Below are positions 57,539 through 64,000 of a stretch of DNA of 64,000 nt, in pieces. The stretch is from positions 1 to 64,000 of IMG/VR virus record IMGVR_UViG_3300025704_000016; one strand, written 5' to 3'. This DNA comes from an uncultured virus (IMG/VR IMGVR_UViG_3300025704_000016). Its lineage: Duplodnaviria; Heunggongvirae; Uroviricota; Caudoviricetes. Below the pieces are notes generated by a model, which made no database searches, was not told the DNA's origin, and worked only from the letters and a program-made list of their open reading frames with translations. A program made the translations under genes and the position numbers. The first letter of the stretch is position 1. Every line of letters starts with the position of its first letter.

Positions 57539-58495
57539 ATGCAGTCAATAAACCAGCTCTTCACAGAGAAGTATCGTCCAAAAGATTTAAGCGAGTTGAT
57601 CTTACCAGATCGTGTAATGAATAAGTTTAAAGATGGCCTAGTTCAGAATATGCTGTTTGCAGGCAGTCCTGGAACTGGTAAAACATCAGCAGCTAAAGCA
57701 ATCGTCAATCAATTTGAATTGCCTTATCTCTATATTAACGCATCAACAGATACTTCGGTTGACGTGATTAGAACTAGAATCACTGACTTCTGTTCAACGG
57801 TTTCAATTATGGACAAACCGGGCAGCTTTAAAGTTGTAATCCTAGATGAGGTTGACGGTGTATCGGATCAGTTCTTTAAAGCACTGCGTGCAACAATGGA
57901 GATATTTGCAAGTAACAGCCGCTTTATTGCAACATGTAACTACATCAATAAATTACCAGATCCAATCTTAAGCAGATTTGAAGTAATTAACTTTGACTTT
58001 GACAAGGAAGAAGAGGCTGAATTGACTAAGAAATATATCAAGCGTGTTTATAATATCTGTAACCAAGAAGAGATGACAATTGAAAAACCAGCATTAGTTG
58101 AGTTTGTACGTCGTAACTTCCCAGATCTAAGAAGCACCTTGAATAAGCTACAGGGCTATAAAACACAAGGTACAAACCATATTACTGAAGCAGAAGTTAA
58201 ACGCTTCAACTCAGTCTATAAAGATGTTTTTGATCTAATCTTTAACGAGACAGATCCAGCTAAGAACTATCAGCTCTTGGTAAGCAATTACGCTTCAAAG
58301 ACAGATGACATCTTACAGACACTAGGCGATGACTTTGTCGAATATATAAAACAAGAAAGATCTCAAAGCGTAAAACATATACCACAGATCATTATTACAG
58401 TGGCTAAGCACCAAGCACAAAGAGTCCATGTAATCGATCCTGTTGTAACCATGTTAAGCTGTGTATATGAGATCCAGACTATTGTAAGAGAATAA
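57539..58495 (+). CDS. gp44: Clamp loader AAA+ subunit (gp44/RFC small-like)
   Basis: EKYRP, GSPGTGKT, INAS, ILDEVD, TCNY, SRF, FPDLR. Confidence 0.92.
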   Translation: MQSINQLFTEKYRPKDLSELILPDRVMNKFKDGLVQNMLFAGSPGTGKTSAAKAIVNQFELPYLYINASTDTSVDVIRTRITDFCSTVSIMDKPGSFKVVILDEVDGVSDQFFKALRATMEIFASNSRFIATCNYINKLPDPILSRFEVINFDFDKEEEAELTKKYIKRVYNICNQEEMTIEKPALVEFVRRNFPDLRSTLNKLQGYKTQGTNHITEAEVKRFNSVYKDVFDLIFNETDPAKNYQLLVSNYASKTDDILQTLGDDFVEYIKQERSQSVKHIPQIIITVAKHQAQRVHVIDPVVTMLSCVYEIQTIVRE

Positions 58496-58531
58496 CAAGA
58501 TTTTTGTAAAATAATTTTTCAGTGTCAAATA

Positions 58532-58553
58532 TTTTTATTATATTTGTACTGTA
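58532..58553 (+). promoter_or_regulatory. Bacteroidota-type host promoter (TAnnTTTG at 58539-58546)
   Basis: TATATTTG matches the Bacteroidota -7 consensus; near-identical copy at 26448. Confidence 0.6.
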
Positions 58554-58569
58554 CGTAAAAGATAACAAT

Positions 58570-59844
58570 ATGAAGGTGGGAAAACATACACTATTAATAG
58601 ACGGCAACTACTTTGTCTTTAGCCGCCTTTTTGTTCTGCCTAAACCTAAGAGCGGTATGCTTCTAGGTGATGATAAACAAAAAGCACAGTTTATGCGTAA
58701 ACTGTCAATTGACTTTGCATCTGAGATGCGCAAGCTTAAATGTTTTGTGGATGACGTTGTCATTGCAGTTGACTCTAAGTCTTGGCGTAAAGACCTATAC
58801 CCAGAAGCAGAATACAAAGGTACTAGAAAACAAAAGAGTGATGTAGACTGGACTGCAGTTTACTCAATTTATGAAGAATTCCAAAAGATCATGCAAGAGC
58901 ATGGTGTAACAGTACATCAGATCAGCGGTGCTGAAGCAGATGATGTTCTCTTTGGTTGGTCAACAATGCTGAACGATCGCGGCAAAAGCTGTATCGTTTG
59001 GACTGGTGACCGTGACTTAATCCAATTAGTTAATCATTCAACTGCAAACGACGCACATACAATCTGGTACTATAACACTAAGAGAACTCTGTATGCATAT
59101 CCTGGTTTTGTTGAAGACATGGAAAAGTCTGCAGCACAGAAAATGGATAGAGACGACATGTTATTCAACATGGGCGGTCAGCATATGCTTAGAGACGACT
59201 ATCAGACTAGAATCTTAGACTGGGTAAAAGAAAATAAAGTTACAATTGAAGAAGTTGACTGTGATCGTTTTATCTTTACTAAGATGCTTGTAGGTGACAA
59301 GTCGGATAACATCCAGTCAGTTGTGACTTGGCAGAAAGAGATGAAGAATGGTAAGTTGAGAACTTACTCAATTACTGATAAAATGGCTGATAAGATCTAC
59401 GATCAGTTTACAAAAGAACATGCAGATTTTACAATTGACTATCTTTTTTCTACAGAGCACAAAGACGCATTATCCGATATTATCTACAGAGTTGTCGGCC
59501 ACAGTAATACAAACTTGATTAAGGCTAGTCTGACTAAGAATATTGCGTTAATGCTACTACACACTAGAACTATCCCAGATGCAATTCAAAAAGCTATCTT
59601 TGCAGCTATTGAAACTGACTGGGAAGGTGCTTTAAATAACGTGGAAACACTGCTTGAGATGGATAAGATCTTAGCAGGTACCGATTGGCTAGAGAAGAAG
59701 CATAACGCTGGCCCAGATGCATTTGCAGGTATGGACATTCCAGAAGAAGAGCCGGTAAAGCCAATGAAACTGGTCGGTAAAAAGAGCACGGACAGAGAAA
59801 CAAAAACAACACCTAAGACTAAAAACTTAAACAACTTATTCTAA
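58570..59844 (+). CDS. rnh: RNase H / 5'-3' flap exonuclease (T4 rnh-like)
   Basis: LIDGN, SWRKD.YPE.EYKGTRK, EADD, TGDRDLIQL, GDKSDNI; start refined to MKVGKH. Confidence 0.88.
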   Translation: MKVGKHTLLIDGNYFVFSRLFVLPKPKSGMLLGDDKQKAQFMRKLSIDFASEMRKLKCFVDDVVIAVDSKSWRKDLYPEAEYKGTRKQKSDVDWTAVYSIYEEFQKIMQEHGVTVHQISGAEADDVLFGWSTMLNDRGKSCIVWTGDRDLIQLVNHSTANDAHTIWYYNTKRTLYAYPGFVEDMEKSAAQKMDRDDMLFNMGGQHMLRDDYQTRILDWVKENKVTIEEVDCDRFIFTKMLVGDKSDNIQSVVTWQKEMKNGKLRTYSITDKMADKIYDQFTKEHADFTIDYLFSTEHKDALSDIIYRVVGHSNTNLIKASLTKNIALMLLHTRTIPDAIQKAIFAAIETDWEGALNNVETLLEMDKILAGTDWLEKKHNAGPDAFAGMDIPEEEPVKPMKLVGKKSTDRETKTTPKTKNLNNLF

Positions 59845-60020
59845 TGCATACTTTACAAGAAGAGATTACGATACAAGAGATTTTATCCGAAGCTAATGCT
59901 CATGGTTTAAGACTGGAAGTCAAAGAGAGTGCTGAAAAAATATGGAAAGAACGCCCATCCGACACAGAATTTACTTTACTGGATGCTTACCATTTAGCAT
60001 TTTTAGACTGGATAAAATAA
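59844..60020 (+). CDS. Small hypothetical protein (58 aa, not in the ORF track)
   Basis: TAATG overlap with rnh; MHTLQEEITIQEILSEANAHGLRLEV...DWIK*. Confidence 0.6.
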   Translation: MHTLQEEITIQEILSEANAHGLRLEVKESAEKIWKERPSDTEFTLLDAYHLAFLDWIK

Positions 60021-60021
60021 T

Positions 60022-60450
60022 ATGTTAGACGAAACTAAACTATTTGACTTCGTAAAGATCATGTTTACGAAGCGAGATCAATTTTATAAAATTAAGAACC
60101 ACAACAAGAAGCGCCATCACTTTATGATTAATCGCTTCTTTGCTATTAAGTTCCCAAGTAACGCTAATCTCTTTAATCACAACGGGATCAACGGAGCTGC
60201 AGTTGTAGAATCATGGAGCATGGTCGCTATGCGATTTAAGTCTGTGCCCGGCTGGTGGTACACTAAAACTAAAAAGGCTAAGACCACAGCCAAGGATAAA
60301 TATATTCCAAGCGAAGGTGCCGTTAGAATCTATATGGAGAAGAATGAAATTGGCAACAGAGAGTTTAAAGAACTTGAGCAGTTTGCCAAAGAAAGTCTAT
60401 ACGCCGACTTAAAAAAGATTGAAGAGCAGGTTGATGTTTACTCAAAATAA
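60022..60450 (+). CDS. Probable clamp loader subunit (gp62-like)
   Basis: LFDFVKI...FMINRFFA...AN..N pattern; size and context fit. Confidence 0.5.
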   Translation: MLDETKLFDFVKIMFTKRDQFYKIKNHNKKRHHFMINRFFAIKFPSNANLFNHNGINGAAVVESWSMVAMRFKSVPGWWYTKTKKAKTTAKDKYIPSEGAVRIYMEKNEIGNREFKELEQFAKESLYADLKKIEEQVDVYSK

Positions 60451-61084
60451 AGATACATTTTCAGAGATAATAGACATCACACTCTATAAGTATAACTCTA
60501 TTGATCTAAAGATCTGGGGCATCCTCACGCGCCATTATAATTCTAGGAAACTAACAGACGATTCGGTCTTAATCTCATTTAGTGACCTTAACGTAATAAT
60601 CAATAGCTATTTCCATAATGACCTAAACCGGATAGATTCTATCGGTGACTCTTTAATGCACAAAGAAGCCACTTCAATCTATTTTATCAAGAAGATCTTC
60701 GACAACATGGAAAACATACGCTGGGTAAAGATTACTCTCAACAAGAATATGAACTATAAGCGTGTTGTTGAAATCGATCAGATGAAGACTATTAAATTCA
60801 GCATTAAAACACTAAGAGGTACTTTTAGACTATTTGAACACTTCAATGAACATCAGATCTATGTTTTAAATAAGATATTAATCAAAATGGGCGTCTTTAA
60901 ACGAGGTGAACATTTTGTAGTGATTAAGACCCAAGATCTTTTAAACCGAATTGACAACTACTTAAACGAAAACAATACAAACGAGATCTTCACACTCTTA
61001 AACGCAATTATACATTATTTTGAAGTATATGAGGTTGATAACCCAGAAATACTCTTAATCACCGATATTGAGTCTGATATATAA
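60434..61084 (+). CDS. Hypothetical protein
   Basis: ORF likely starts at MFTQNKD, overlapping the previous stop region. Confidence 0.55.
   Translation: MFTQNKDTFSEIIDITLYKYNSIDLKIWGILTRHYNSRKLTDDSVLISFSDLNVIINSYFHNDLNRIDSIGDSLMHKEATSIYFIKKIFDNMENIRWVKITLNKNMNYKRVVEIDQMKTIKFSIKTLRGTFRLFEHFNEHQIYVLNKILIKMGVFKRGEHFVVIKTQDLLNRIDNYLNENNTNEIFTLLNAIIHYFEVYEVDNPEILLITDIESDI
61076..61083 (+). promoter_or_regulatory. Putative late promoter GATATATA
   Basis: Upstream of the neck-like gene. Confidence 0.65.
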
Positions 61085-61107
61085 ACAAAATACAGACTTA
61101 AGCCTCA

Positions 61108-63048
61108 ATGGTAAATAATTTTACAGCAGACCAGATCGGTGATGTAATATATGCAAAGCTAGAAAATCCATACTTAAACGTACAAAGCGTTTTAAGCTGG
61201 ACATCAGTTGTTGGTGTTAGTACACCAAACACTAGTGGCACTCTTAACTTTGTGGCTGCATCTACCACAGTTACTGGCACTAACACGAACTTGAGTTTAA
61301 TCTCAGGAGATCAGTTTATCGTAGGTAATGAATATTATACAGTCGACCAAGTAGTTGACGCGAATACGTTTACAGTTACACAAGCACCGACATTTACAGC
61401 AAGTGGTCTGACTTTCTATTTACCAGAAGACGCAAACAATCTTTTTACATATCAATACCGTTGGTCGCAAGGTGAAGAGGCTGGTGAGATGAGCCAGCTA
61501 CTACCTTTGACAACTAACAATGGACCATATGATCTACTAGGACTTAATTTTGACCCAGATCAACCACTTTGGATTGAACTTAGGCTAGAAGTTGATAGAC
61601 TAAGCAATGTTAACAAGATAACACTACTTTCATTGACTTATGAACTAAGTACTGCTGATGGTACAATTATTAGCTGTCCAGAATTCTGTGGTGAATGCGT
61701 AGACCCATATGCAATGACAGGTTGTGCAAATATCATAGCAGAATGTACAGATGAAATGTGGGACCCATATGCCTTAACTAAACCAACTTCAGTTTACCGT
61801 CAAATTACAGACGTTTCAACTGAAATGTGGGGCCATCCAGTAAAATACTTTAGAGTTGAGCCAGATGATCGTAGTCGTGACGTAATCTTAAAAGAGTATT
61901 CACTCTATAACGTAAAAGAGTCGGCTGAGTTAAAGATCATGGTGCCGGGCAACGAATTTCCAACAAGAGAGTTTAACTATGACATTTTTGGTATGGGCTT
62001 CGATGAGTTTGAAATCCACCTAACCAAGACGCAGTTTGAGACAGCATTCGGTATTGGGCCAAGCCCACGCAGCAGAGACTATCTCTACTTTCCAAAAATG
62101 AACCGTATGTATGAGGTTAGCTCAATTGCATATGCAGATGAGTTTAATCTGGACCTAACTTACTGGAAACTAATGCTGCGCAAATATGAAGAGCGTACTA
62201 GCAATATCCATGAAGATGAAACAGTAGAGCAAGAACTTGATGCACTAACAACTGGCGTAGAAGAAGTCTTTGGCGAAGAGCGCCAAGAAGAGTTTGAGAA
62301 GATAACTAAACCAACACAGTATAAGACTGTTTATGCTGAAGTGAGTGATGGTGTTAGAGCTAGACTGCATAAAAAACTAACGATCTCGGATGCCGAGTTA
62401 AGAAATCAATGGACTGTAGTCTCTAAAAATAATTATGATCTAGACTCTACAGTAGACAAGTCAATGGAGCTTGTAGCATACAATAAAACATCAAGCTTAA
62501 CGGAAGACCAAAACTTAGCAATTACGATCTGGTTTAGACCTAAACTAGTAGATACAACTGAGCAGGTAATTATAGACGGTTTTAACAACAATAAAGGCCT
62601 TAAGATTACAACAAACGGTTCAAGCATAAAGGCTTATATTAATGACGACACGCAGATCTTTGGCAGCGGCTTAAACCTAGAAAATAACGTGTGGTATGGC
62701 CTAGTCTTTAACCTAAGCAATACGTTTAGTCAGACTTCATGTAACTTGTATAGATTAGACCCGAATAGTAACCGACAGGCGCCAAGCAATGCTACTAAAA
62801 CACTAGTCTCTAGACTCAACGAGACTAAAACATTTACGAGCCCATATGTCTGGCCAGCAGTTAAGAACTGGATGCTTATGCCTTCTAAAATGGATGCGAC
62901 TAACATCAGAATCTTCCAGAAGACAATCGGACAAGACCAACACACAAACGTGCTACAACAATATGTTGTTAGAGATTCTCAACTAGCACACGTGATCGAT
63001 AATGCTATTCCTTCAGTTCAGTTAAGAAGGTACAGCCAGTCTAGATAA
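61108..63048 (+). CDS. gp14-like neck protein with N-terminal extension and C-terminal LamG-like domain
   Basis: GHPVKYFR...DVILKEY, FG...DE, P..RDYLYFP...RMYEV; ITIWFRP...WYGLVF (LamG-like). Confidence 0.6.
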   Translation: MVNNFTADQIGDVIYAKLENPYLNVQSVLSWTSVVGVSTPNTSGTLNFVAASTTVTGTNTNLSLISGDQFIVGNEYYTVDQVVDANTFTVTQAPTFTASGLTFYLPEDANNLFTYQYRWSQGEEAGEMSQLLPLTTNNGPYDLLGLNFDPDQPLWIELRLEVDRLSNVNKITLLSLTYELSTADGTIISCPEFCGECVDPYAMTGCANIIAECTDEMWDPYALTKPTSVYRQITDVSTEMWGHPVKYFRVEPDDRSRDVILKEYSLYNVKESAELKIMVPGNEFPTREFNYDIFGMGFDEFEIHLTKTQFETAFGIGPSPRSRDYLYFPKMNRMYEVSSIAYADEFNLDLTYWKLMLRKYEERTSNIHEDETVEQELDALTTGVEEVFGEERQEEFEKITKPTQYKTVYAEVSDGVRARLHKKLTISDAELRNQWTVVSKNNYDLDSTVDKSMELVAYNKTSSLTEDQNLAITIWFRPKLVDTTEQVIIDGFNNNKGLKITTNGSSIKAYINDDTQIFGSGLNLENNVWYGLVFNLSNTFSQTSCNLYRLDPNSNRQAPSNATKTLVSRLNETKTFTSPYVWPAVKNWMLMPSKMDATNIRIFQKTIGQDQHTNVLQQYVVRDSQLAHVIDNAIPSVQLRRYSQSR

Positions 63049-63052
63049 GCTA

Positions 63053-63060
63053 GATATATA
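63053..63060 (+). promoter_or_regulatory. Putative late promoter GATATATA
   Basis: Upstream of the terminase genes. Confidence 0.65.
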
Positions 63061-63079
63061 CTATATAAAAGTATAATTT

Positions 63080-63736
63080 ATGAGCGAAGATAAAAGAAGT
63101 ATATCTGAGCAGGCAGACGAGATTAGACGTGAGTTAGATAATCTAATCGGTGATGAAGAGTCAATTGACGTTGAATCTGATCCAAGAGACCTGCCAGCAA
63201 CACAGAGAAATACACAGTTAATGGCACCAGCCAACTATGGCGATATGAAAGCATCGGCCACTAAGAAGGCCAAGAAGACCATTACAAGCTTGATGAAATT
63301 CTATCTCGATGCAGATATTATCGAGAAGGATGAATATATCCAGGCTAAAAAGAAGATGGATGAGATGACAATGTCATCATTAATCTATCAACTACAAGCC
63401 GGTGAAAGAGCCCTGACTACACTATTACAAACAATCGACCACGGTGAATTGGCACCAAGAATGTTTGAAGTGCTTGCAACTCTGCAGAAATCAATGTTAG
63501 ACATCATCAAATCGCAGACCATGTACCTGATGGCAGCCGAAGAGGCTACCAAAAGAATAGCACGTGATATTGAAATCTATAAGAAAAGAGATGATAAACG
63601 CGAGATTGAAGAAGCCGGTGGTGACAGTAGCAGCAGAAACGTACAGCGTGGAACTAAGGATCTAATGCAGGCCATCCAACAGGGTATTAACCAAGCAGAC
63701 ATTGAAGACATTGAGGACGTAGAAACCGAAGACTAA
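63080..63736 (+). CDS. Probable terminase small subunit
   Basis: Helical, with PRMFEVLATL and GTKDLM; directly precedes the large-subunit-like ORF. Confidence 0.6.
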   Translation: MSEDKRSISEQADEIRRELDNLIGDEESIDVESDPRDLPATQRNTQLMAPANYGDMKASATKKAKKTITSLMKFYLDADIIEKDEYIQAKKKMDEMTMSSLIYQLQAGERALTTLLQTIDHGELAPRMFEVLATLQKSMLDIIKSQTMYLMAAEEATKRIARDIEIYKKRDDKREIEEAGGDSSSRNVQRGTKDLMQAIQQGINQADIEDIEDVETED

Positions 63737-63739
63737 TTT

Positions 63740-64000
63740 ATGAGCGATTACGTAGGAGATAATAAATGGATCCCAAAAGGAGAATCTGATGTAGAATCTG
63801 ACAGAATTGTCTGGTCTACAAAACAGATTAACGATCTTCTTTTAGCTCTTGACCAGGGGTATCGACCTAAGGTTAAGATGCCTTTTTATGAAGGTAAACA
63901 ATTTCTAAGACGTGGTAATGTTGTCTTTGAATATACTGATGCTGAGGTTGCTGAACTAGCAAGGTGTGCCACAGATATTGTCTACTTTGCAGAGAAGTAT
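63740..64000 (+). CDS. Terminase large subunit N-terminus (truncated by the window)
   Basis: Open to the window end; LRRGNVVFEYTDAEVAELARCATDIVYFAEKY resembles the gp17 N-terminus. Confidence 0.7.
   Translation, partial: MSDYVGDNKWIPKGESDVESDRIVWSTKQINDLLLALDQGYRPKVKMPFYEGKQFLRRGNVVFEYTDAEVAELARCATDIVYFAEKY

Noticed and set aside
799..62945. Numerous short overlapping or antisense ORFs in the six-frame track (e.g. 20286-20777, 38473-38895, 52499-52792)
   Set aside because: They are shadows of well-supported + strand genes, with compositions typical of antisense frames and no independent signals.
1..64000. Alternative genetic code (stop-codon reassignment)
   Set aside because: Standard-code ORFs tile the window densely with intact conserved motifs, and TAG/TGA end genes at expected positions.
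1..64000. tRNA or rRNA genes
   Set aside because: No cloverleaf with T-loop GTTCRA and acceptor stem was seen in the short intergenic regions. This was by eye only; tRNAscan was not run.

Overview
This 64-kb window is a gene-dense, AT-rich stretch of a large T4-related (myovirus/jumbo-type) dsDNA phage, almost entirely on the + strand. The host is probably Bacteroidota: there is a TAnnTTTG-type promoter, start codons lack Shine-Dalgarno motifs and have A-rich leaders, the RNR is of the NrdAi/NrdBi type, and there is a membrane protein with a Bacteroidota-style C-terminal beta hairpin. Structural genes (tail/baseplate, gp3-, gp15-, gp14-like, gp4, gp2, portal, prohead protease-scaffold fusion, major capsid, terminase) are interleaved with a T4-like replisome (gp32, primase, UvsY/UvsW/UvsX, gp41, gp46/47, clamp, clamp loader, RNase H, RuvC, gp55). 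Main findings: (1) a compact five-gene candidate DNA-hypermodification operon (DUF6378-like, SGNH-like, divergent amino-acid:DNA transferase-like, PLP enzyme, all-alpha dNTP pyrophosphatase) directly upstream of the polymerase; (2) a B-family DNA polymerase split in the fingers domain into two genes 3.9 kb apart; (3) about ten proteins carrying a T4 capsid-targeting-like M-K-x-x-x-F-E-x-F motif, including putative enzymes, apparent polyproteins and a 15-aa motif-only micro-ORF; (4) three recurring promoter classes readable from the DNA; (5) a few structured intergenic RNA candidates. All family assignments come from motif recognition by eye. No database search was run.
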